A DNA stretch of 64,000 bases from the human T2T-CHM13v2.0 reference genome, Homo sapiens, in assembly GCF_009914755.1 (NCBI RefSeq), contig NC_060927.1; one strand, written 5' to 3'. The position numbers and the translations under genes are program-made. This document shows, in pieces, positions 42,728-54,336 of the stretch. The notes beneath the pieces are model-generated. The model was given only the letters and a program-made list of their open reading frames with translations. It had not been told where the DNA came from and made no database searches. The stretch's first letter is position 1. Each line of letters starts with the position of its first letter.

Positions 42728-43430
42728 TTACAATTTAGCATGTTATTGCAGTGGCTGGTACCAGTTGTTCCTTTCCATGTTTAGTGCTTCCTTCAGGAGC
42801 TCCTGTAAGGCAGACCTGTTCGTGACAAAATCACTCAGGATTTGCTTGTCTGTAAAGGATTTTATTTCTCCTTCACTTATAAAGCTTAGTTTGGCTGGAT
42901 ATGAAATTCTGGGTTGAAAATTATTTTCTTTAAGAATGTTGAATATTGGCCCCCATTCTCTTCTGGCTTATAGAGTTTCTGCTGTTGTTCTTATGGGCTT
43001 CCCTTTGTGGGTAACCTGACCTTTCTCTCTGGCTGCACTTAACATTTTTTCCTTCATTTCAACCTTGGTGAATCTGATGATTATGTGCCTTGAGGTTGCT
43101 CTTTTTGAGGAATATCTTTGTGGTGTTCTCTGTATTTCCTCAACTTGAATGTTGGCCTGCCTTGCTAGGTTGGGTAAGTTCTCCTGGATAATATTCTGTA
43201 CAGCATTTTCCAAGTTGGTGCCATTCTCCCCGTCACTTTCAGGTACACCAATCAAATGTAGGTTTGGTCTTTTCACACAGTCCTGTATTTCGTGGAAGCT
43301 TTGTTCACTTCTTTTCACTCTTTTATCTCTAATCTTGTCTTCTTACTTTATTTCATTAAGTTAATCTTCAGTCACTGATAACCCTTCTTCTGCTTGATTG
43401 ATTTAACTATTGAAACTGTTTTCTCCCCAT
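42728..43430 (-). pseudogene. L1 ORF1, disrupted and internally deleted
   Basis: KRPNLHLIGVPESDGENGT..RHIIIRFTKVEMKEKML; span about 700 bp versus about 1 kb for an intact ORF1. Confidence 0.88.
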
Positions 43431-44127
43431 CTTTGTGGTTTTATCTACATTTGGTCTTTGATGTTGGTGACCTGTGGATAGGGATTTGGTGTGGACGTCC
43501 TTTTTGTTGATGTTGATGCTATTCCTTTCTGTTTGTTAGTTTTCTTTCTAACAGTCAGGCCCCTCAGCTGCAGGTCTGTTAGAGTTTGCTGGAGGCCCCC
43601 TCCACACTGTGTTTGCCTGGGTATCACCTGCAGAAGCTGCTACAGAACATCAACTATTGCTGCCTGATCCTTCCTCTGGAAGCTTTGTCATAGAGGTGCA
43701 CCCGCCAGTTGCCAGCTAGAGCTCTCCTGTATGAGGTGTCTGTCAGCCCCTACTGGGAGGTGTCTCCTAGCCAGTCTACACAGGGGTCAGGGACCCACTT
43801 GAGGAGGCAGTCTGTCCATTTTCATATCTTGAACACTGTGCTGGGAGAACCACTGCTCTCTTCAGAGCTGTCAGGGAGGGACATTTAAGTCTGCCGAAGC
43901 TTTGCCCACAGGTCCGCCTTTCCCCAGGTACTCTGTCCCAGGGAGATGGGGGTTTTATCTATACCTGACTGGGTCTGCTGCCTTTTGTTCAGAGATACCC
44001 TGCCCACAGAGGTGGAATCTAGAGAGGCAGTTGGCCTTCCTGAGCTGTGGTGGGCTCTGCCCAGTTTGAACTTCCTGGCAGCTTTATTTACACTGTGAGC
44101 ATAAAACTGCCTATTCAGGCCTCAGCA

Positions 44128-44478
44128 ATGGTGGACGACCCTCCCCCAACCAAGCTCGTGAATTCCAGGTCAATCTCAGACTGCTCTGCTAGCAGCAAGG
44201 ACTTCAAGCCAATGGATCTTAGCTTGCTAGGCTCGGTGGCCATGGGACCCGCTGAGCCAGGCACCAGAGGGAATCTCCTGGTATGCTGGTTGCGAAGACC
44301 ATGGGAAAAGTGCAGTATCTGGGCAGGATCCTACTGGTACAGTCTCTCACGGCTTCCCTTGGCTAGGAAAGGGAAATCTCCCGACCCCTTGTGCTTCCTG
44401 GGTGAGGTGACAGCCCGCCCTGCTTCAACTCGCCCTCGGTGGGCTGCACCTACTGTCCAACCAGTCCCAGTGAGATGA
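44128..44478 (+). other. L1 ORF0-like antisense ORF (116 aa) in the L1 5'UTR
   Basis: ATG at 44128 in gcaATGg context; MVDDPPPTKLVNSRSISDCSASS..GPAEPG..LLVCWLRRPWEKCSIWAG resembles primate L1 ORF0 as recalled (MAGAPPPASLPPCSLISDCCASN..GPSEPG); no internal stop. Confidence 0.65.
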
Positions 44479-44869
44479 ACCAGATACCTCAGTTGGAAAT
44501 GCAGAAATCACCTGCCTTCTGCATGGATATTGCTAGGAGCTGCAGACCAGAGCTGATCCTATTTGGCCATCTTGCTGGACCCTGACAAATGTTTTTAAAG
44601 GCAAAAAATCCTTTAAAAGAATTATATACATGTTTTGAGAGTATTGTCTTTGGCTACAAAGATTAATAACAAGGATTGATGCCAAGTCTGAAGATGGGCA
44701 GGTAATTGAGGGGCAGATACCCTAGCAAAAGTATTTTTGGTGTAAGATTGTCATGGCCTCAGGTGTACAAGTGTGAACAACCTTTCTTCCTGTCTTCATA
44801 GCCTTTCTTGGCTCCGTTTGTCAGGTTTTTTGTTTAACATTAATGACTACATTTTGATTCTGGCAACTT

Positions 44870-44969
44870 TGATATCTGTAAGATAACCTGTGTCATTACA
44901 CTGATATCTGTAAGATTACCTGTGCTATTAAACTGATATTTGTAAGATAACTTGTGTTATTAAACTGAT
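44870..44969. repeat. 32-bp minisatellite, about 3.1 copies
   Basis: Unit tgatatctgtaagataacctgtgt(c/t)attaaac starting at 44870, 44902 and 44934. Confidence 0.93.
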
Positions 44970-45853
44970 GAGAAAGACACGTGGGTCTCAGGATAAAATG
45001 TCCTTTCCCACATTGAACTCAGATCACTGACTCTAATGCTGGGAAATCAACTGACTGGCACTGGCAGGAATTAAACAGCAAAGATTCTCCCCTCCCTGGG
45101 CCCTGGTATGCTCTGATAAATGGCATATTTAAAAACCTACAGGATTTATTCACAGCAAGGAGTATATTATGAAGAATCTCAGCACAGGCATATGGTGGTA
45201 GACTTCAGATCTTTGGGTATTTGTCTTAAATACTGTAACTTTATTATTTGGATGGATGTGGATTCCTACATTATCAAACATGAAGGAATGAGAATACAAA
45301 ATGTATTATATAGCTAAGCCTAAATGACACTGTCTCAGATTATCTATGGTTCTTATCCCCTCCATTAGTGCAAGTAATCGAGTATTTGAATTTGAAAGTG
45401 CAACTTTATCTCATTGTTCCATTATAGGTAATAAAAGTGACCTGTGTGAGGATATTAGATTAGTGATTTTACTTAGTATTCACCTTATGCTTAGAAGGTG
45501 TGAAATTGTTAATTCGTTCAAATTAGGTCATTATCCAGTTGTGTAACAAATAGACTTGTGCTTAAAAAGCTTAACTAAGCAGGTGCATAGAGAAGCACCT
45601 CTATCAAATGCTTCAGGAGACCCTTTCTACTGCTGTTCTTTATTTTTACATCTCATTAACAACAGTATTAACTCTCAGATACTGCTTGTATAAGGAAAAT
45701 AGGGAGAAATTAAGTGTTCTGCATAATCTTCTTAAAATATCCTAAGTACAAGAAAGAGTTGTTTTTTTGTGTGTTTGTTTTCTTTTTAATAAGCAATAGC
45801 CTAGTGTCCTTTTGAACCTTCTCATTACTGACAGGTAGATATAGGAGGAAAAC

Positions 45854-46211
45854 TGTATGTTATTTTTCTAGGGCTGCCATAAGAAAATGCCACAAACTGG
45901 TTGGCTTACACGACAGACATTTATTTTCTCACAGTTTTGGGTGCTGGAAGTTGAAAATCGAAGTGTTGCATGTTTGTTTTTTTCTGGAAAAAAAAAAACT
46001 CTCTTGCCTTACAGATGGCTGCTTTCTCACTGTGTCCTGATATGGTCACCCTTGGCCTGCATATTGTCTGTGTCCTAAATCTCTTCTTCTTATGAAGACA
46101 CCAGTAATATTGAACTAGAACTTATATCTATTACCTCATTTTACCTTAATTACCTCTTTAAAGGCTCTATCTACAAATAGTCATATTCTGAGTGTTATTC
46201 AACCCATAACA
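45854..46211 (-). mobile_element. MLT1B-like MaLR LTR
   Basis: tgtat..ctagggctgccataa..catttattttctcacagtt..cttatgaagacaccagt..taattacctctttaaagg..cccataaca. Confidence 0.85.
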
Positions 46212-46691
46212 CTGAGACAATTTTTTTCATTGCTATGATTTATGTTTTTTCTTTGTGTGCAAATTCTCCCAAATTTATAAGAGGATGAAGCTTTGTAGTG
46301 AAAGCAGCTATGACATTGCTATGTGGCCTTTTTACATTTTCATAGCTACTAGTTTTTCTAAGTTTCAAAGAGCTCTGTGTAGTACATTTAAGATTGGAGG
46401 TAATCAAGAAGAGAACAAATAAGAAAAAAAAACAGAAGAGGATGGATATAAGAGAAAAAAGGAAAACTAGGTTCAGAGGTGGGCAAACACATGCCAGGAT
46501 ATCTAAGATATTATAGTCAATATTTCTCCTCTTGAGCCACATAAAGGACACTGAGGAAGAATATTACTTTCTGGAGCTTTATTGCCCAGTTCTAAAAATA
46601 AAAGAGATATAGATGGATAGTTTTTGTTACTTTTTGAGTCTGGGGCTCAAAAAACAAATAAGTGGGGTAGGGGGAGTATTATTAAGTTTCC

Positions 46692-47002
<311 letters not shown>

Positions 47003-47122
47003 TCAAGTTTCTAAAGGTGATAAAACTTAAGAGATTTGTTCTCTAAAGGAGAACATCTAATCAGATTCTCAGTTCTATGCTCCTTGGCCCCTTTTTTTGT
47101 GTTATTTTGTTCGATTTGAAGA

Positions 47123-47152
<30 letters not shown>
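47123..47152. repeat. (ATT)n microsatellite
   Basis: About 10 units seen directly. Confidence 0.9.
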
Positions 47153-47153
<1 letters not shown>

Positions 47154-47446
47154 TAGTGATTTTGTTCAGTTAAAGGGTGAAATGTTCTCTTATTGGTCAA
47201 TGTATTGCAAAGCTATTAATAAATGTTACTCTGAGCTAGTTTTAAAACTGCCAGGGAAAGATCCTTGGGGACAACATGATCTTGAGCATTTCAGAGTTAT
47301 TTCTAGAAAATTCTGAAGTAGGACTTTACATGGAAGATTATATATCTCATACAAATATACATACCTCTTTAAAAAAGTTTTCTCTGAGTTCTTATTTGTT
47401 CCTGGCTAATCAGATCTTCTTTTTGTACTCCTTTGTAAACTTTTAC

Positions 47447-48549
47447 TTAAAAATACAAAGAAAAGACAAGCCACAGACTGAGAAAATATTTTCAGAGCAC
47501 CTATATCACAGTGGACTTGTATGAGAGTATGAAATATAAAAAGAACACTTCAAATGTAACAATAAGAAGACAAACAACCCAATTAAAAATGTGCAAAAGA
47601 TATGAATAGATATCTCACCAAAAAAGCTTTACTGATGGCGAATAAACATGTGAAAAAAAACACCCTATATTATTAGGGAATTGCAAATTGAAACAGCAAT
47701 GAGACACTCCTACACACTTCTCAGAATGGCTAAAGGCTAACAAAGATGTGGAGCAATACTGACTCTCATTCATGGATGTTAAGAGTGCAAAATGGTATAG
47801 TCACTTTGTAAGACAGTTTGATTGTGTCTTACAAATCTAAACATAGGTTTAGTATATAATTGGATGACCACACATGCAGATATTTACTTAGAAGAGTTGA
47901 AAATTTATGTCCATACAAAAACCTACATGCTAATATTTATAGTAACTTTATTCATAATTGCCAAAAATGGGAAGAAACAAATACCTCAATAGTTGAATGT
48001 ATAAGCAAATGAGGTAATTCATATAGTGGAATATTACTTATTTATAAGAGGAAATTAGCTATGAAGCCAAATAAAGACATGGGAAAACCTTAACTGCATA
48101 TAACTGTATGAAAGAAACCAGTCTAAAGAAGCAAATTTCTGTGTGATTGTAACTTTATGGCATTTTGGAAAAGGCAATACTACTGAGACGGTGAAAGATC
48201 AGTAGTTGCCAGAGGTTCAGTGGGAAGGAGGGAGGGATAAATAGGTGGCGTACAGGGTGGTTTTAGGTCAGTGAAATTATTCTGTGTAACACCAAAATGA
48301 TGGTGATATTATGCATTTGTCAGAACCCATAGGCCTTTATAATACAGTCAACCCTAAGGTAACCATGGACCTTAACTAATAATATTGTACCAACATTGAC
48401 TCATCCATCGTAACTCATGTGCCACACTAATGCAAAATGTTAATAAGGGAAACTATGTGAGGGGAGGTGGATTATATGAAACATCTCTACTTTCTGGGTC
48501 AGTTTGCAGAAAACTTAAAGCTATTCTAAAAAAGTAAAATATATTAAAA
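47447..48549 (+). mobile_element. L1MC-type 3' end (ORF2 C-terminus plus 3'UTR)
   Basis: aaaagacaagccacagactgagaaaatatt, caacccaattaaaaatg, ttttggaaaaggcaa..gatcagtagttgccagagg, ccacactaatgcaaaatgttaata. Confidence 0.85.
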
Positions 48550-48948
48550 TAGTTAGCAAAAGTAACTTGATTTAGACTCACTTTTATAACCAATGATGAA
48601 ATATTTTCATGGCTTTATGTATATTAGACAGCGTAGATGAGATTTAATCAATTTTATTGAAATTGATAAGCAGCAGAACGATTTATTTTTCTTTTGTTTA
48701 TAATGGTTTAAATTCTCAATGGTTTAGAAAGATTCTTTGTGAAAAATATTGCAGATTATAATGTTAATCCTGACTTGTTTCACAAAATACATTGTTAGCC
48801 AAATTAGAGTATATGAGTAGTCTTTAGATTAAAAAAATAGTTCAAAGTATTGATTCATAGTAAAAATCTTTATCCACAAAATGCATATTTAATTCTACAA
48901 ATATAGTATGAATTATTTCCATTCTTATCAAACCAATATTAGCTAGCT

Positions 48949-49203
48949 TAGCTAACATTTATTAAGCACTTATTTATGTCAAGCACTCTTCTGAAGTTCT
49001 ACATGGATTATCTCAGTTAATTCTCAAAATATGTCACTTGATTAGGTACTATTATTTTCCCTGTTTTGCAGATAGGTTACCTGAGTTATACAGAAATTAG
49101 TAAATTTCCCAAGGTTCCATAGATGGTAAATTGTGAAGCAAGGACTTGAACTTTGATTATAGATCCTCTTTACTTGATATTTAACCACTATATCATGCTA
49201 CCT
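48949..49203 (-). mobile_element. MIR (near full length)
   Basis: agctaacatttattaagcactta..taggtactattatt..ttttgcagat..ttcccaaggt..ttaaccacta. Confidence 0.8.
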
Positions 49204-49302
49204 TCCACCAGCTACCATTTCAACTTATTTTTGTCCCCAATTAAAACACTTAAACGTTTATAATATTGAGGTAAAATGTATATAAATGGAAATATTAATT
49301 AA

Positions 49303-49531
49303 ACAGCATAATATAGTATAGATTTTATAGAATTTGAAGTTAGTACCTTACTTTGAATTTCTGTATCTGCCTAAACAAACCTCCTAATCTCTCTAAATCT
49401 CAATTTCCTCAGCTGTAAAAAGGGAATAACTATCATCTCCATTTCACTAACGGCTTGTGAGAATTAGGTGAAGTAACATATAGGTTAAACATCTTGTAAA
49501 CCATGAAACTGTAAAATATAAAACTATCATT
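49303..49531 (+). mobile_element. MIR relic, head-to-head with the preceding MIR
   Basis: taatctctctaaatctcaatttcctcagctgtaaaagggaataa..ttgtgagaattag. Confidence 0.7.
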
Positions 49532-49712
49532 TTTATGTATGTATAAATATGTAGTCTTCTGCCTTGAGAATTGCCAACTGCTGTATATCAAGAATCAAAT
49601 CTTCTCCATATGTTGTAAATATCCTTAAGTGCGAAAAATAGACACGTGGTAAATACTGGTCAGTGATGATGATTCATATTATCTACAGTTTTATTATACA
49701 ATGTAGAACTTT

Positions 49713-49769
49713 TCTCCAGAGTAGTAATTTCTCTCTCCAGAGTAGTAGTACTCTCCAGAGTAGTAGTAG
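49713..49769. repeat. Triplicated TCTCCAGAGTAGTA
   Basis: Copies at 49713, 49734 and 49752. Confidence 0.9.
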
Positions 49770-52700
49770 TTTTTTGCAATTGCAAACATATTCACAAACA
49801 TGTTAACACCCTGTTAACTCCATGGATGGAGAGTGAGGTCTTCTGTATAAACAAATGTATAAAACATAAGAGTAGAACATAATACATTAACACAAAAGCT
49901 GCTATGAACTAACAGAGCTCTTTGTATGTGTGCTGAACACTGGGTGTGGTGGTCATGTTGGCATTTTGTGTCTCAAACCTCAGTCCTCTGGTTTGCATTA
50001 TTAGTGACCTCTCTCTCTCTCTTTCTCTCTCTGTCTCTCTCACCCCTGACTTTTGTTCTCTGACTCTTCCTCTGTCATCCTCCTTAATCTACAATCTGTT
50101 AAGGGAGATGACAGCCAAATCTCTAAACGGAAAAAAATTTTTTGGATTTATTTGAGATAAAACCTTATAGAATATTTCATGTAGATGGTTTTTTGTGACA
50201 TTTTCACTGTAATAACACTGAATATCTCTTGATCACAATTATTTGCTATATTGCCTTTGATACTGCCTAACCTTATTGAAGTTTGAGTAACATTTGACTT
50301 CCTGGGACCTCTATGCCTTGGAGTTTTTGAGTGATAAATAAATTTGTACTGCAAACCTAAATACTTATTACTTATGAATTATATCGGAATGGAATATATA
50401 TTAGTATAAACATTCACTTCACATCCTCTTAGAATTGATTATAAATGTTCATGCTGTATTTTGATGCAAGAATTAATTGGTAGAGTTACAAATTATAAAA
50501 CATAAAATTGAAATGCTATTAAATGCACTGTATTTGATTTTATCTTAATTTTATAATTTACAAAGATATGTATAGACATTGTTTTGTTAATCTAGATTTT
50601 ATCATAATCTCATTAACTTTCTCAAACTTTGTCTTAAAACTTTAATTGAAATTTCATTACAAGTATATAGTATTTTGAAGTGTCGTCTCCCATTTATGAT
50701 AAGATCTATCTCTAAGGTTATTTTTATGTCCTCTTATAGATTTGTCTTTTCTTCTTTAATTTTGCTTTTTTACCTCTGTAATGCTTTCTTTATGTTTTCA
50801 GTTAAACTATGTGGTTTGTAATTAATGGTGAAAAATAGTATAATGGATTTTTAAAAGTCAATCCTGTAGGTAACCACACTAAAGCTCTTATTTTACGCTG
50901 TATATTTTGTTGAAGCATCCTGTAGATTATTAGGGTATATGGTCTGTATCTGTTGTTATCAGCTCTGTAACTACATCAGACTGTGTTGCTACCCTTTTAT
51001 TAACCAGTGGAGCCCTGGCTGGCCTAGGAAAGGTTCTGTTATGCCGCCTCACAATTTTTTCCTGGATGGATGATGTTATTCTCAGGACACTGTTGGACAG
51101 GCCAAAAAAGTACTTCTCACGGTTGCCCCAGCAAAACATCCATCCGTGCACTAGCTCCCTTCTAATTCTCTTGCTAGTCCTTTCCACAAAGGATAGAAAA
51201 CTTCCTTCCCTCAGGTGTTCATATATACATATATATATGAACATGTATATATGTAGAATTATATGCATAAAATTGGATTATTAATCTTTATCATTTTTGT
51301 GTAATAGCATCTCTTGGATTGTAATTGGAAGAAGGATTAAGACGTCAATTCTAGCCATAACTAGCAATACAAAATGAGAGTAATAATTGAGATAAACCTT
51401 CTTTGCTAGAGAGTTAATTTGGTGTCAAAGTTATACTTGATATGATTTCAATTGCATATTTTTAATGGTTTATTTTTAAAGAATAGGAAGACTCAAAATT
51501 AATTGCAAAGGATGTAATTAGATATAGTTATTTGCCATTTAAGAATACTTATTAACTTTTGTGATGAAAGATAATGATGTGATTTAAATATTTTTTAAGG
51601 AAATCATTTTTATATAGTTCACATGATTTGGTGACATGTGAATGAAATATTTGTATACATAACAAGCTATGCTACCATTGGGCCTTCTCTACCAACCATC
51701 ATTGGCTCCTTCTTCACATACGTATTAATGGATTTCAAAGTATTAATGGATTCTGTATGAGAAAAGTCATTGATAGGGCTCGTATAAATGGAAGGGTGAC
51801 CTCAACTAGAGAGAAATGCTTAGCAGGAAGGGCTGTAGTAACAGAAAGGACAGACAATTTCTTGTCTTAGGAGGTGAACTTCTGCTATGACTCAGTGATT
51901 AAAACTGTATACCAGACTCTGTGCACCTCCAGATACTAGCTTAGAATCTGAATCTCAACAAGGCTCTCAGCAAAGTTTGTTGAATGAATAACAATAATTG
52001 TGGATATTTATTAAACCATATTTAAATAAGGGCTTTTATGACCACATTGAATATAAGGCAATTGAGGCTTTGATCTATTAAGTAATTTGCTCAAGGCCAC
52101 ACATATACCAAAGGCAAGCGATTAGTTTTCAAAGTTAGGCCAGCCAAACTTCAGAGTTAAAGCATTAACTACTCAATGAGACAGATAATAGGAGGGACAG
52201 AATAAGGGAAATGAAGGATTGTTGGAAGCATGAGATTAACTTTTAGTCATAATTATAAATATCTATTAGGTTCAAAATTACCTAGATGTGTCAGAGGCAT
52301 GTATTCAGATAATATGCTGTTTCAGTATCTTGTGTGTTACAACTCACCTCAAAAAAAAAATACCTAATTTAATCATGGAGAATAATCCTAATTTTACAGG
52401 TAAAGATATGGCGATGTTTGTCTCTGTTGTCTCACAGTGATGACAACTTTTCATTCTATATATAATGAAAAATATTATTTCCAAAAACTTGATAAGTTTT
52501 TTATAATTATATAACTAACATATTACTTAGAATATATAAATACATAAATATAAATTTAAATTGATTTTAATATAATACAAAAGCAAACACTGAATTATGT
52601 TGTATGGATAGTACAAAAATTCATAGAATAATTACATATCATCTTAATTCTTCATATTTTCTTTTTATATGGTTACTCTAAAGATTGTGCTTCTTAAAAT

Positions 52701-53904
52701 ATAAAGTTGTCTTCAAGTATCAAGGCATCAAGTTTTATACTTTAATATGCAGTGATTTTTACATTACTAGTTCAAGATACATGTTGGTAGTTCTTGAAAA
52801 TCCTGATATTTAATTATCAATGTAGTTATTTGGAAAGTAAGTAATGTTATATAATTAATTGCCATTTTTTCTCTTAAAATTGAATTTCAATGTTTTTATT
52901 TGATCATATATTTTTTGGAAAGTATCTTGGTTTCTAATATCAGCCCCATGATTTGCTACTATTGTTGTTTAGTTTTTAATTAAAATATAGAAATAATAAC
53001 AATAACACTTACTTGGTAGTATGAATAACACCTACTTGATATTGAGAATGTACAGCATCAGTGCTTTAAAAATCTTTTCATCTGGCTTGGTACATCATGT
53101 TGAAGAACTATGGCTATTTTTCTTTAAAAGCTGTAAATTTTAATTTGCAATTAAATATTTTACTTTTATATTGTTTTAATTTCTAAAGGAGAGGAAATCC
53201 TGGAATTCTCTTTAAGAACGTATCAGTGTGCCATATTTACATTCTATAAAGGAATGGTATACCATTTTTAATGAGTACATATTAAACTAATAATTTCTGT
53301 AGCTTATTTTTCACTTCTTATGTCAACTTTTCTATTTTTCACTCCAAATCATTGACATCATTCTGTTTACGGGAAGGAAAAGCAATTGTATAGAAAATAA
53401 TCTGGAAAGCAAACAGTGTGGTCTCAGACCACTGAAGGATAGCAACTTCTCCTGGTTCAGCTCCCAGAGGTTAGAAAAGTAAAGATATATCTTCCCTTGG
53501 GATAATCTGTCTTTCCTCTGAGCTCTTTGAGTGTAGGGAAGGGCCCAAAGGGAAAAGTCAACTAGCCAGATCAACAGCTTAGATGACAGTGAACAAATGC
53601 TTGACTAGAACGTTTGTTCTGATGAAGTAATTCAATAGAATATTTAGTGTCATGGGCTTGGAATATTAAGATACTTTGTTCAGGTAGGTCAGTGATTATT
53701 TACTGACAGACTAAGTTACATAGGAAATAATGACCTTCCTAAAATCTTAGTTATGTAAAATCCCCAAATACAATTTACTTTGCAGAATTGTGATACGAAT
53801 ATACATATCAAAGTACAAAGCAATAGGGAAAGACCCTTTTAGGTCAAGATGCTCCTGTGTATAAAATGAAATATTAAACTTTTTTTTTTTATTCAAGGGA
53901 TACA

Positions 53905-53950
53905 AACTAACCATTATCTTTCTTCTCTTTCTCTTTCCTTTTAGGTGAGT
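53905..53950 (+). promoter_or_regulatory. Candidate recursive splice site: branch point, polypyrimidine tract, TAG|GTGAGT
   Basis: aactaac (branch A at 53910, about -35), uninterrupted pyrimidines 53917-53942, AG at 53943-53944 immediately followed by GTGAGT at 53945-53950; no other AG between 53898 and 53942. Confidence 0.8.
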
Positions 53951-54017
53951 AACTGAAGGTTAAAGCCAGAATTCCTGGATTTGAAGTGTTATATGCTTTT
54001 TTATTAGTGTCCTGTGG
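53945..54017 (+). other. Candidate 73-nt RS-exon (poison/cryptic exon)
   Basis: Bounded by the acceptor at 53944 and the donor TGG|GTAAGT (54018-54023); length not a multiple of 3; stops in all three frames in gtgagtaactga. Confidence 0.72.
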
Positions 54018-54336
54018 GTAAGTAAAGAAAAAGACTTGGCTTAAACACCAGACTGGATGCTGAATCATGCATAGATATAAATTAATCAGATGTGGCCCTT
54101 TATCACTCAATGTCATGATCAAATATTTAAAACTACTCAATGTTAGACACAAGCATGGAGGAGGAATTTTTTTTCTAATTCTTAGTTATTATAATTGTGC
54201 CATTTAGAACTAGCACATAAGTAAATTAGGGTGCTTCACACTTATATGCCGATGTCTTTTGACAGAGCTGTTGCCAGTGGATATACTTTAGATGGCAGAC
54301 TGTGTGAAAAACATAAATGAAGATATAATATTGGTT

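Larger units (their letters stand above)
38579..44583 (-). mobile_element. Full-length L1PA (L1PA7/8-like), inactive
   Basis: 5'UTR start (caagatggccaaatagg on minus), ORF1, ORF2 EN/RT/C-terminal fragments, 3'UTR and A-rich tail; perfect 14-bp TSD gacaaatgttttta at 38565-38578 and 44584-44597. Confidence 0.96.
38445..44874 (-). mobile_element. ERV1 (MER4-group, MER67-like) solo LTR split by the L1PA insertion
   Basis: Right piece ends gactacattttgattctggcaactttgata, the reverse of a tgtgaaagttg.cagaatcaaaatggagtca-type LTR start; sequence is continuous across the L1 TSD (pieces at about 38445-38578 and 44584-44874). Confidence 0.55.

Noticed and set aside
44870-44969. 32-bp repeats as a CRISPR-like array
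   Set aside because: Units are head-to-tail with no unique spacers, the context is eukaryotic, and there are no cas genes.
53674-53690. ctttgttcag|gtaggt as a recursive site
   Set aside because: The pyrimidine tract is very short and an AG lies just upstream; much weaker than the 53944 site.
53905-54023. Assigning a specific host gene name to the RS site
   Set aside because: The architecture fits known long-intron RS genes, but no exon of an identifiable gene lies in the window; a genome search is required.
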